A DNA stretch of 64,000 nt, taken from positions 1 to 64,000 of the forward strand of contig NW_021834231.1 in the NCBI RefSeq assembly GCF_006345805.1, written 5' to 3'. The position numbers were made by a program, and so were the translations under genes. The notes under the pieces are model-generated. The model was not told the DNA's origin. It searched no databases and saw only the letters and a program-made list of their open reading frames with translations. Source of the DNA: Octopus sinensis (Eukaryota). Positions within the stretch are counted from its first letter, which is position 1. The number at the start of each line of letters is the position of its first letter. This document shows, in pieces, positions 1-12,423 of this stretch.

Positions 1-129
1 CAAAAATATATCGATAGAATAAGTACCAGGCTTTAAAAAAAGAGCACTGGGGTTGATATATTCGACTATAAATTCTTCAAGGTTGTGCCCCAGCATGGCC
101 GCAGTCAAATGACTGTAACAAGTAAAAGA
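1..129 (+). mobile_element. SINE family A, 3' part
   Basis: GATAGAATAAGTACC...CAGCATGGCCGCAGTCAAATGACTG..AAGTAAAAGA matches the 3' end of about 10 other copies in the window. Confidence 0.8.
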
Positions 130-643
130 AAAAAAGAACAAAATAAATACAAGTGTATAATTAAACTGGTAATAGTCAGTGTTGTGTTGTGCAGGACGAG
201 AGCAGGAGTGAGAATAAAAGAGATTTTCTTATAGAACATGGAAGAATGCTGAATAAGCGAAGAATTGATAAAGAGAAGGTTGAAAACGATGAATGTTTCA
301 GATCATTTTAGTTATTATGTGATATAAAAACGGAGAGAAACCAAATTTGATGCACCCAGCAGAAATAGAAAGTTTATAATATGATACATGATCTCGATTA
401 AAAATCAGCTAGATAGAGAAAAGCCTGTACGTGGACAATTTCAGTTGCGTACAAAAAGAATATAAAATATCAATTTATTTCTACAAAATACATATATCAC
501 TTTTCAGAGGCAACGTTATTTCCCCAGTCGATAGCAAATAATATCAGATAGGATATAAATCAGACGGGATTTCTGCTATTACTGCATTAAATAGCTTAAT
601 TTGCATAAAAGTCGTTTACAGGTCTCATTATTAATCAAGATAG

Positions 644-648
<5 letters not shown>

Positions 649-686
<38 letters not shown>

Positions 687-766
687 GAGAGGAGAGAGAG
701 GAGAGATGAGAGAGAGAGATAAATAGATAGATAGATGTATAGATAAATAGATAGATATATAGATAA

Positions 767-852
<86 letters not shown>

Positions 853-950
853 TGATTGATTGATAAATAGATAAATTAATAGTTAGATAGGTAGATAGAT
901 TGATTGATTGATTGATTGATAAATAGATAAATTAATAGTTAGATAGATAG

Positions 951-1040
<90 letters not shown>

Positions 1041-1092
1041 ATAGATAGACTGATTGATTGATAAATAGATAGATTAATAGTTAGACAGATAG

Positions 1093-1153
<61 letters not shown>
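649..1153. repeat. (TA)n, (GA)n then long (GATA)n/(GATT)n array; 3' flank of the Tx1 element
   Basis: Direct reading; includes three copies of a GATTGATTGATAAATAGATA.ATTAATAGTTAGA interruption. Confidence 0.95.
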
Positions 1154-1688
1154 TGTTTCTTTATTAGCCACACAGGGCTGCACACAGATAGAACAAATTA
1201 CAAGGTAGAGCTTTTCTTTTGAAGGTATTAAAAAAAAAAAAAAAAAGGAAGGGGGGGGAGGTTCGATCAAAAGGGATCGTAAAAGGAGAGAGAGAGGACA
1301 AAAAAAAAAAGGGGGGTAAAAAAAAAAAAAAAAAAAAAGGGGAGAGGAAAAAAAAAAAAAAAAAAAAAAAAAATGATCAATAGGGATCGTTATCACAGAA
1401 ATGTCAATATGAAGTGTAAAGGGGAGGACAGGTGAGGTTTACCCGTGGAAAGAAAAGCCTACGGAAAAGACCACGGTAACCTCGGTCAATGAAGTCACAT
1501 TTTATATTCTTTTTTTTTTTTTTTTTTTTTTTTTTGCAAATAAGAACTCTCTGTTTTCGATTTTCTGGGTTCATAGGACTATGCTCAAGGTGGCTTCGTC
1601 ATTCATACGTGCCATTCTTGCTACATTCACCCATCTTTTTTTAAAACATTCGCTAGACAAAACTTGCCTCTCTACTCTCACTTTCTTT

Positions 1689-4600
1689 TCAAGTGGTACT
1701 TGAAGAAGTTGATGAGAGATTGACCAGAGAGAGGAAAGTGTTTGTCTCCAATCCTTTCAGACGCGTCCACCAGATACATTCTTTCGCCATAGCCACAAGG
1801 ATGATGAAAATAGCTCTTCCTTCCCGTTTGAAGGAAGGAGGCGTGACAATATTGACGATAGACTCAGCTGATAAACCGACTCGTCCCACACGTGACAGCA
1901 GTTGTTCGACATAAGCCCACAGGTCGGAAATTGTTGGACACTGAACGAGTGCGTGCAGAACGGTTTCGTCGCTCTGACCGCATCTCGGGCAGGTCGGCCC
2001 CGTGTTTCTCGAGCCGTGTCTGTAGAGCTTATCCCGAACGGGTAGCGCTTCTCGGTAGCACTGCCAGGCCAGGGATCTCTGGAAGTTGTCCATGGGCCCT
2101 GGCCCGAAAGTCGTCCCGAACAGGCGGGTCAGGTACTCCTCGTCGACGTCCAGGTTCGCCCCGAGCTCGTCGTCGTACCTCCCCTCCACTAAACCCCTAT
2201 AGAATGCTTTGGTTGTGTTGAAGTCACTTAAGGTCGACCCAGGACGGCAGAGTTGCTTGAGAGCAACGCGACACTCGCGGTGCCATTCGCCCTTCCTCGG
2301 CCTCTTTTGATCCACGACTGCAGTTCGGTCATGGAGACGAGCTGCGGGAAAGCGTGCCTCACAAACGGCGACCACACCTGTTCACCGTCGTCTACATAGA
2401 GCCAGAGATGTCGCAGTCTCAGCGCGTGTCTGCGCATCATCAACCACGGCATGCCCAGCCCTCCTTTAACGGGTGTTGACAGCAAATGGATCGCCTGACC
2501 ATCGGGACGCATCCTTTCCACGAAGCGAAAGAGGATGCGTTGTAGTTTGGTGATGGTAGGGTCGGGACAAGGTACGACGGTCAGGGCGGTAGTAGATGAC
2601 GGACGCGATGTACGTGTTCGCCACCTCCGCTCGACCTTTTAGGGACAGTTCCTCTCGGCCCATTGCCGGGCGAGAGTGACCACCCTACTCGTTATCTCGT
2701 TCCAGTTCTTCTCCACTTGGAGGTCCGGACCAAACCAGAACCCCGAGCAACTCAACCGGGCCGTCGGTCCAGCGTCCCACGACGGAGGCGCTGGTGGACG
2801 GCATGGGCTTGCTTCTCCAGGTGCCTAGTCGCAAGCCCACTGACTTTTCCCGGTTGATTTTCGCTCTGTCACCGCTTCGTAGTTTTTCAGTGTCTCGCCG
2901 ACCAGCTCGATGTGCTCGTGGCTAGACACTATGACGGTGACGTCGTCCGCGTATGCAGACACGCTCGTCCCGCATCCCAATTCTCGCGGGATGCCCCTTA
3001 GAGTCGCCAGCTTCCGCAGTAGTGGCTCAAGAGTCAATACGTATAGAAGCGCCGAGAGGGGGCATCCCTGACGGACCGAACGTGCAATGTCGAAAGGTCT
3101 CGATAGATGTCCATTTACGCGAATTACCGAACGGATGCCCCTGTACAAGGCAGCTATCCAGCCGCGGAAGACGGGACCGAAACCAGCCGCTCTCAGGACT
3201 GCCTCCAAGTATCGATGGTCTACCCTATCAAAGGCTTTTGATTGATCCAAGTTGATCAGGGCCCCACCCATGCCAGGTTCGTTAACTACCCTGTCTATGA
3301 TGTAGCGCATCAGATGGAGGTTGTCATGGATGGTCCGGCCTGGCACGGCGCATGTTTGCGCCCTGTCGACCAGTTTCTCGATGACAAGCGCCAACCTCTT
3401 GGCTAGCACCTTGGCCAAAATTTTCAAGTCTGCATTAAGCAGAGTGATGGGCCTAAGTTATCTATTACATTTCCCTTGTTTAGATCTTTCTTCAGCAGTG
3501 TTACGGCTCCTCGGCTCACAAAACCAGGAATGCTCCCGTTTTGCTGCCAGTTGCAGTACACCGCCGCCAAGAGATCTCCAAACAAGTCTGGCATACAATT
3601 GTAAAGCTCGTAGGGTAGACCATCCAAACCCGGTGATTTGTCCCTCGAGCATTCTGCCATCGCTTCCCGCACTTCCGCCGCCGTGATGGCACCTTCGCAG
3701 CACCCTGCTTTCTTGTCGAGAGTCGTGGTAGGCTATGTAGGTAGGCACTGAAGTCCACCCTACGTTCTTGCCCTCCACTCGTTCCGAACAGTCGGGCAAA
3801 ATGCTGCTGAAAGGCCTCACACATTTTACTTGGCTCGAGCAATTCGCGCCCCTGTTCATCTACCAGTGACCGAATGGTGGCTTTGTTGCCCTGTTGCGCC
3901 TCTGCCACCCGGGCCTCTCTCGCGGCTCCAACACCTTCGTTCCTTAGAGCACGCATCCTAGCTCTGACAGCACATCCTTCGTGTTTGGCGTTGAAGTGTT
4001 GGTCGAGGGCCAACCTCGCCGCCAAAACGTCGGATGCGATGCCGCTTCTAATTGCCTCTTCTAGCTTCTTAACTAGCTCACCCTCTACTCTATTTCTATC
4101 TATGGCTAGTGCTTTGCTGTACCTAATCGCTTCTGCTTTTACTGCTCTCTTGAGGGCAAACCACCATTTGTTGTTGATGATGGCTCCCGTCAAAGCCCTC
4201 TTTACTAGTGTGCTAATCCGGTCTCTGAAAACTTGTCTCGATGGGAAAGACGCGTTTAGTTTCCAGTATCCGGGACCCTGCCTAAGTGTCTTACCTAAGT
4301 CTAGCGTACATGTCACAAGTTTGTGATCCGTGTAGCTGACTATGTGGAATTGTGGACATCCTATGCTATCTCTATCTACTGTCCTACACAGTATCCTATC
4401 TAGATACGATCTCGACGACCCGATGCGGTTGCTCCATGTCCACGTTGGCGCATTCGGGTGGTCTAGTCGAAACCTGTCAGACAGTTGAAAGCGTCTGAGC
4501 AGGTCTCTGAGGCATTTGCATCCCCGTCTATTCCTATCTCTACCCACGTAGTCTACATGCGTGTCCAAGGTAGCATTCCAATCCCCCACTAAGAGTAAAG

Positions 4601-5002
4601 GACGAGACGTTCCCAAGAAAACTTCTAGACGTTGAAAGAAATCCGCCCGACCTGTTAAGGGCGGTGCGTAAACTGATACGAGTCGAAAAGCGCACCCATT
4701 GCTGCCGTCGACATCCAGGACGACCAGTCTACCCTCCGGGTCTACGAATATTGTCCTTACATTGAGATCCAGACTCTTGTGAAAAAGTACCGCGGTGCCA
4801 CTACCGCCCATTCTCGGCAGACAGGGGGAAAAATAAATGTTGAACTGTCCGCCAAACATGGTCTTTAGGGCCCGCGGATTGTGGAGTCTGGTCTCGCTTA
4901 TGGCTATGATTTCTAACTTATGTGACTTTATGTCATTTAAGAGGTACCTTGTTTCCAAGGGGACCCCAAGCCACGCGCATTTACACAACCAATCTTGATC
5001 AT
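1689..5002 (-). pseudogene. Tx1 ORF2 (APE endonuclease, reverse transcriptase, C-terminal zinc motif), multiple frameshifts
   Basis: MIKIGCVNARGL start; ISETRL, LVSVYAP, GDWNA, YLDRIL, TDHKLV, GPGYWKLNAS; KSPGLDGLP, DQSKAFDRVDH, VRQGCPLS, AYADDVT; CPRCGQSDETVLHALVQC, spread over several frames. Confidence 0.92.
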
Positions 5003-5032
5003 AGTTCTAATGAATTAGAATACAGAGGTTAC

Positions 5033-7039
5033 TTACTGCTCGAAAGTTTTTGCTTTCTCCTCCGTTGGTTTGTCCTCGAGAAGATCCCAGTACAGTTTCT
5101 TTGTGAGATATTTTTGGCATTTACCAACCGCACTGGGGAAAATGCCTTTGAGTGTGTGGTGCAGACTTTTGGAGATGTGTATTATTTTGATGTGGTCTGG
5201 TGGTGTTGTGTATGGGTGGTTGTTTGTTTTTATGTCATCTTCTGTTATGTTTGTTTTTGATTGGATGTATTCCATCAAATTGTGTTTTTGGTGTCTATGG
5301 CTGTGAGCATGTTTGCTGTATATGTTTTTGTGGTGTTGGTGTGTGGCTGTTGTTTGCGTTGGGTTTTGAAATGTCTTCGGGAGATGTATTTCCCCCTGCT
5401 TGTTCGTGTTTGCATTTGGTTTGTTGTGTTTCTGCTCTTTATTTTCCTTCTTTTTGTAGCTATTTGCCATTCCTCACTGGTTTCGTCTTCCGACGAAATT
5501 TCTGAGGAATCAGAAGGGGGTAGGGGTATGTTGTGGGCTTCTATGTATGTCTGTGTAAGTGGTTGTATTGTTGTTTTCGTTGTTGTTGGTTGTTGAGTGT
5601 TTGTGTGTGTTGAGTGCGGTATAAGGGATGGGGGATCAGTTTGTGTGTGATTTCTTTGTTTTTCTGTTCCTTTGGGTTTTGCTGTTGATGGTGGTGTTGG
5701 TATTTTTCCAGGTGTCGAGTGGTTTTTGGTTGATGACGGATTAGCTTGGTGTGCTTCTCTTGTCGTCTTCTGTGTGATGGTGGTGTGGGTAGTAGAGTTT
5801 TTTTCCGGAGTGCTTTGGTTGTGGTAGTGGTTGTTGTGTTGCTCTGGTGTGCAGTGGTTGGGCACGTCTTTTTCAAGTGTGTTTCGCTTCCACACAAATA
5901 GCAGCGTGGTCGCCTGCCCTCTACCACTATATAAGAGTTTGTAGCCTCCTGGCAGTTCTATAGCCGTGGGTATCTTCTCTCTTGCTGCTTCATCCAATTG
6001 AAGCAGGAATTCGATTGATTTGCCCACATAGTCTTTCTCTCCTAGAACCGCGATTTCCAGGATGTTTGTCTCTGACATTGTCTCTGACATTTCAAAGCAG
6101 ATGGCAGAGACCACCCATTGTGTTTCGACATCAAATGGTATGTTTTTTATTTGGACTTTCGTGACCCTTTTGTTTAAATAGACTGGTATCATTACCAAGT
6201 CGTCCGAATGTAGCTCCAATGTGGAAAAACGTTTTGCTAAACTTTCGTTGAGGAAACGTACTTGGACTGTACCAAATTTGTTCCCCAACTGATATATTCC
6301 TTGGAGTCCCATACAGGACGAAGGCATTTATCGATTTTTTCCTGCGGTGCATTTTCTGTTCTTCTTGTTTTTTTGTTTATTACTTATAAATTATTGTTTT
6401 TTTTTGCGTGTTTTCCACGATGTGTTGTGGAATATGAAGGTGCAATTTGTCTCCTTCTTTGGAGAAGAGTGCCTTTGTGCGGTTTATCTCTTGTGTGGTG
6501 AATGTTACAATTGTTCTTTTTTTTTTTGTTACGTCCGCAAAATTCGTTTTGAATTTGGCAGTAGAAGTGTTAATTGTGGCAGTAATTAATTGAAGTCATG
6601 GTGGTAGTGGTGTTGTGTTGGCGGTATTAGCAGCAGAAGGCTTGGATGTAGCATTTGACGTCGTAGTAGTGGTGTTGGTGTTGGCGGTGTTGTCTTTGGT
6701 AGGCGGCTTTGTGCCAATTTCGTTGTTGTTGTTGTTGGTGGTGATGGTGGTGGTGCTGGCATTCATGTTTTCGTTTGTATTCATTTTTGAAATCCCTTTC
6801 TCTGTCCCTTTATCATCAACAAGTGGTGTGGGGAGTGAGGGGAAATCTAAGTTAATGTCTTTGGTCGCGGCGATGGTGAATGCGACGTTAGATTTGTTGT
6901 TGTTGTTGTTGGTGGTGGTGATGGTGGTGACAGCGGTGTTCACGCTGCGATGTTTAGCAGCTAGTGGTAGCAATAGTGTTTTGCTACCGTTCTGCATGAC
7001 TGGCGGGCTAGCCACGTGGTTTCTAGTTGCCATTTTCAA
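5033..7039 (-). pseudogene. Tx1 ORF1 (gag-like), frameshifted; T/N-rich N-terminus, CX2CX4HX4C knuckle, low-complexity C-terminus
   Basis: ORF pieces 6596-7039, 5275-6327, 5541-5927 (CYLCGSETHLKKTC) and 5033-5470 lie end to end upstream of ORF2. Confidence 0.75.
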
Positions 7040-7252
7040 AATGAAAAATGGCTAAAAAACCCACGAAAGTTTTGAACGTTTTTTTGTAATTTCGCCCATA
7101 CAGGGGCGGAATTCTACGTGAATAATTCTCAGGTTTTTTAGTGAATGAATTTGCACAACGATTAAAACAAAATATTTGACAACAAGGAGTTTTAAACATG
7201 TAAAAGTGGCCAACTTACTTGGAGCCGATATGACTAGCGTCCGTCCATTGTG

Positions 7253-7253
<1 letters not shown>

Positions 7254-7296
<43 letters not shown>
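7254..7296. repeat. (GATA)n, 5' flank of the Tx1 element
   Basis: Direct reading. Confidence 0.95.
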
Positions 7297-8000
7297 TATG
7301 GACCACTCAGCGTTAATCTGGACGGCAAAGATAAAGATAAATATTCAAATGATATTGCTGTATTAAGGACTAGTAACAATTAAAAATCTTCTCTCAATGG
7401 TTTTGGTGTTCGGCAAAAGAGAGCAATATTCTACAGACTATTTCGCAGTTTTATGACCATCTCAAGAAAGACTAGTCTGATATCGTTCGCCAATCGATAG
7501 CATAGAATATTACGCTGCTATATATAAGATCATTTTTACTATTCTGGTTTGTGAGAGCAGCCGAGTTTATTTCAGATATTCTCATTTTAAAACTTATCTG
7601 TGGCTAATCATTGGGAGGGCGTTGGTGTTGCCTTGGCGGATGTTTGCGCGCTCTGAGTGGTCTTGTTTTATATGTATTGCATTATGACCGAATTATCCAA
7701 TCGGGAATTGGTTAGATTGCCATAAAAATGCATGCAATAGTACTTATATGCTTATTTATCATCAATTATTGATATTTCGAATTTTCGAATGCATTTAATA
7801 TGCACGTTTCAAGTGTTTGCATAAGAATTTCTTGTCAGAAATATATTCCCGCTAGTTAGCCATTACAAGCAAAATACGTTGGTAGTTTCTGTGTGTGCAT
7901 CTGTATGTGTTCGTGTGTGTGTGCATGCATACACATGCATATATATATATATATATTATATATATGTATGCATGTGTATGCACACACACACACACACACG

Positions 8001-8077
<77 letters not shown>

Positions 8078-8079
<2 letters not shown>

Positions 8080-8480
8080 TCTTTTACTCTTTTCAGTCAT
8101 TTGACTGCGGCCATGCTGGAGCACCGCCTTTAGTCGAGCAACTCGACCCCGGAACTTATTATTTTGTAAGCTCAGTACTTATTCTATTGGTCTCTTTCGC
8201 CGAAACGCTAAGTAACGGGGACATAAACACGCCAGCATCGGTTGTCAAGCAATGCTAGGGTGACAAACACAGACACACAAACACACACACGCATATATAT
8301 ATATATATACATATATACGACGGGCTTCTTCCAGTTTCTGTCTACCAAATCCACTCACAAGGCTTTGGTCGCCCTGAGGCTATAGTAGAAGATACTTGCC
8401 CAAGGTGCCACGCAGTGGGACTGAACCCGGAACCATGTAGTTGGTAAACAAGCTACTTACCACACAGCCACTACTGCGCC
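8078..8480 (-). mobile_element. SINE family A, full length (tRNA-like head, internal CA/TA microsatellite)
   Basis: Head GGCGCAG.AGTGGCTGTGTGGTAAGTAGC...GGTTCAGTCCC with A/B-box-like motifs; shared 3' end. Confidence 0.85.
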
Positions 8481-8599
8481 TATATGTATGTATATATACG
8501 TACATAAAAAGAGAAAGGCAGGTAGTCGGAAAGAAACAGAAGACTGTATAAGCCAATCCACAGAAAAAGATAGCACGGGAAAATTTATAAATAGAAGTA

Positions 8600-9003
8600 C
8601 AGTAGAACCTCGGTTTTCGAAGAACTCTAATCACGAAGAAATCTTACTTTATCTCCTGTTTGTCTCATATTCATTTAATACAGTAGTACTCGGCTTACGA
8701 ACGCCTCTGATTACGAATAAATCGTGCTTGATATATATAGCTTTCTCTCACTTTCTCTGTATATATATATATATATATATATATACATTCCTGTCACAAC
8801 CTGGGACGTTGAAGACTTCTTAAATGCAAGAAAGTATACTATTCCCTTATTATTTTATATTCAATATTTCATCAATTGAATAAGACAAGCAATACTTCAT
8901 TTCATTTTACTATATATACTATTTATACTATATATTCTATATTCAACATTAATGTTATAAAGAATATAAATAAAACATAAAAAACAGAGTTGGAATTCCT
9001 TTG

Positions 9004-9062
<59 letters not shown>

Positions 9063-9113
9063 CAAGGACTATTTATTTGCGATCAAAGTTGTTCGAAAAC
9101 CGAGGTACTACTG
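8600..9113. mobile_element. pogo/Tigger-like MITE
   Basis: TIRs CAGTAGAACCTCGGTTTTCGAA / TTCGAAAACCGAGGTACTACTG (21/22), TA on both sides; an extra left-end-like copy at 8681. Confidence 0.7.
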
Positions 9114-9559
9114 TACCACCAATGGAGGAATAATTAATAATAGTGTAATGATAAATAATCGTGCAATAAGCTTCATATATACAAATCGAGAAGACATTAA
9201 TAAATTATGCTCCCAAAGAAAAGACAATTAATTCTCAAGCAGGATTTGTAATGTAATTACTTTGCTGAAAATCTATGAGAACCTAATAAAATTTTTTATC
9301 CTCTTGTCTATAACACCTTCATGCCCTTGCTCTAATATGAAGCTGTGAGGCAATGAATTGAACTCGAATTAAACATATGTGATATTCGGGTACGCTTTAG
9401 AATATAATTTATTATTGTATACGTGTGGTAGTGGATAGTTTTTAATTAACCGCAAAACTAAAACACGGTGGATGTAACGGTAATGATAAACAATAAATTA
9501 ATGTTATTAATAACATTAAAGGTATTATTAAAAATAAAAGTGATAAACGTATCCTTATA

Positions 9560-10026
9560 TTAAGAATCCTTACATTAATAATGCTACTACCACCACAACT
9601 TCTACTACTACTAGTAGTAATAATAATAATGATAATAATGATAATAACGGCGGCGATGATGACGATGATGATAACGATCATAATATTAATAATAATACGA
9701 TAATGATAATGATGATATTAATGAAAATGATCATACTTGATGATGACAAACAATATCTAAAGATGCTGAGTAAAATGGAAAATGATAACAGTAACAATAA
9801 CAATGCTACTACTATTTTCAGTAATGATGATGATGATGATGATGACGATGAGGAGGAGGAGGAGGAGGAGAAGGAGTATGGTGGTGATGATTATGGTGAT
9901 AATGATGATGATGATGGTGATGATGACGACGACGATGACAGTGATGATTATGGTAATGATGATGATGTGATGATGTGATGATGATATAAGTTGATGATGA
10001 TGACGATGATGATGATGATGATATAA

Positions 10027-10086
<60 letters not shown>

Positions 10087-10090
10087 ATAG
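9560..10090. repeat. Compound trinucleotide repeats (AAT/GAT/GAG/GAC)
   Basis: Direct reading; all six frames give homopolymeric peptides. Confidence 0.9.
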
Positions 10091-10685
10091 AAATAATGAT
10101 AAAGGTTGCAAAATAAGTAATATTGCAAAACAAATTGAATTCTGATATTAGAAACGGATAAGCTATCGGACTGTCAATTCTCCGATGAGTTCAAATCTGA
10201 TGCAACTAATTTTTGGAGAAGAACACATAACTCTATGTCTATTAGTTTGCCAAATCGATGTCAGTCTGAAGATAATCTTCACGTGTGCTGGGAGAACACT
10301 AATGGAAACTCTGCTCTAAATAATACTTTATCAAGAATTGGCCAAGTGTCATTTTTCAGTTTGGTAGTTATTATATAACGTTGCTCAGATTTAGAAGAAG
10401 AATTTCAAGAGAGAGTCGTAGAGCAAAGTTTTGTTTTTCACGGTTGAAGAAAAACTTGCTGGCGAAACCGGGAACCTAGCTGCGAATGATTCAAGAGAGA
10501 TTACTTCAGCATATTTACATTTTCTATCAAATTATGAGAAATATTATTTCTCACACCATAAACTGGAAACTTTTAAGGTGAAATATAATTTGATGAGATA
10601 TATGCATTATATAAATGGATAACAGAATGTGGTATTCATTCCTTTGGCTATAGCTCTTAAAATAAAAGCTATATTACGAAATGAT

Positions 10686-11049
10686 ATCATATAACTGATT
10701 TTTGACTAGGCTTTCTGGAACTTCGATCATAAACTAGTTACTCATTAGATATCAAGATGAGACAAAATACAAAAAAATACTAGCTGTTTGAAGTCATTGT
10801 GTTGTCCAGTAATAGGGTAAATATGGTGACCCAGGTTCAAATGGACAAATATATATCATAGTGCTTAGAATGTATTATAAACTGAAATCATAACAGATTT
10901 TGATTAGGCTTTTTAGAACTCCGATCAGCATCTGGTAACTCATTAAATATTAAAATATGAGACGAAAAAATAACTAGCTCTTTGAAGTTATTGTGTTGTC
11001 CAGTAATAGGCTAAGTGATGTAAGCCAGGTTCATAACATAGTGCTTAGA
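10686..11049. repeat. Diverged two-copy tandem duplication, about 200-bp period
   Basis: ATCATA..ACTGATTTTTGACTAGGCTT...TTGTGTTGTCCAGTAATAGG...CATAGTGCTTAGA at 10686 and 10887. Confidence 0.75.
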
Positions 11050-11670
11050 TCTTGCCCAAACTGTTTCATTTCACTTACGACTCTACTGCTTTCAGAAGTC
11101 ACTAAATCTAAGTTTTTCGTTCTCATAATTAGTATAATGGAATTGTAGAAAATCAATAGAGTCAAAAGATATAATTGAAAACAGCGCTGTTTGAGAAATG
11201 CTGCTGTTTCTTTCGTTCGAAATTATATGAGTTATAAACACATGGACATGATGTGTAAAAAATTATTCTACCGAAGTACTTTGACGTGTTACGAAGTTGA
11301 GTGAGCTTAACACTGCCAACAATTCCCCAATTTCCGCAGTGTGAAATATCTTTAGTTTTCTACACGAAAGTGACGAAAGTTACTTAACAGTGCTGAAGTT
11401 AAAAAATGTTAAACAGTATTTCGGCTTTAACCAATAGGGAACTGAAAAATTCATTATAAACATTAATAAACAACACGGAAATCATTTTGACAGACGCAGA
11501 AACGCACAACGTAGCATGAAGAAAATTGTAATTTGACATTCTATTCACATTGAGTAATAATGTTATGGCGGTCACGAAATGTTTGGTATTCGTTAATTTG
11601 AAGTTGCGAACGTGTAGGACGTACAACTTGTTTATTATCAAAGATACCAATGTTCTAATATTTTTCTTAT

Positions 11671-12250
11671 ACTCTCTTTTACTTGTTTCAGTCATTTGAC
11701 TGCGGCCATGCTGGAGCACCGCCTTTAGTCGAGCAAATTGACCCCAGGACTTATTCTTTGTAGGCCTAGTACTTATTGTATCGGTCTCTTTTGCCGAACC
11801 GCTAAGTTACGGGGACTCAACACACCACCATCGGTTGTCAAGAGATGTTGGGGAAACAAACAAAGACACATAAACACATACACACACATACATATATATA
11901 TATATACATACATACAACAGGCTTCTTTCAGTTTTCGTCAGCCAAATCCACTCACAAGTCTTTGGTCAGCCCGAGGCTATAGTAGAAGACACTTGCCCGA
12001 GGTGCCACGCAGTGGGAATGAACCCGGAACCATGTGGTTAGTAAGCAAGCTACTTACCTATTTCTTTACTACCCACAAGGGGCTAAACACAGAAGGGACA
12101 AACAAGGACAGACAAACGGATTAAGTCGATTATATCGACCCCAGTACGTAACTGATACTTAATTTATCGACCCTGAAAGGATGAAAGGCAAAGTCGACCT
12201 CGGCAGAATTTGAACTCAGAAGCTACTTACCACACAGCCACTCCTATGCC
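11671..12250 (-). mobile_element. SINE family A interrupted in its head by a SINE-B insertion
   Basis: Family A body 11671-12058 and head remnant 12221-12250. Confidence 0.85.
12059..12220 (-). mobile_element. 5'-truncated SINE-B (Tx1-type tail) with 11-bp target-site duplication
   Basis: AGCTACTTACC at 12048-12058 and 12221-12231 flanks the insert. Confidence 0.88.
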
Positions 12251-12423
12251 TATAACCACAGCATTTGCTGGAAAATATCCTTTCTACATTCTAACTGATC
12301 ATTTTAAATTTGTTTACGATCAAATGGAAATCTGACTAAAATAAAAAAACAGCTGCTTCATATATTTAAATGGTTTTCATTACACTGCCCACAATGCTTA
12401 AATTTTTATATAATAAATAAAAG

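Larger units (their letters stand above)
1154..7253 (-). mobile_element. Full-length Tx1/L1-clade non-LTR retrotransposon inserted in (ATCT)n
   Basis: About 210-bp 5' UTR, ORF1 with CCHC knuckle, ORF2 with APE-RT-zf-RVT, 3' UTR ending GGCTAATAAAGAAACA; (GATA)n directly abuts both ends. Confidence 0.92.

Noticed and set aside
1693-4326. Plus-strand ORFs over the Tx1 element
   Set aside because: Antisense shadows of a GC-rich coding region
7052-7306. Open frame spanning the Tx1 5' UTR (possible ORF0)
   Set aside because: Its start lies outside the element, beyond the microsatellite; no own ATG in frame; a single copy cannot show conservation
7852-8124. ORFs rich in IYIY/CVCV/HTHT/LSIY here and throughout the track
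   Set aside because: Translations of (TA)n, (CA)n, (ATCT)n and (TATG)n microsatellites
9703-10133. Poly-D/E, poly-H and poly-M ORFs
   Set aside because: Compound trinucleotide repeat open in all frames, with no unique coding flanks or splice support
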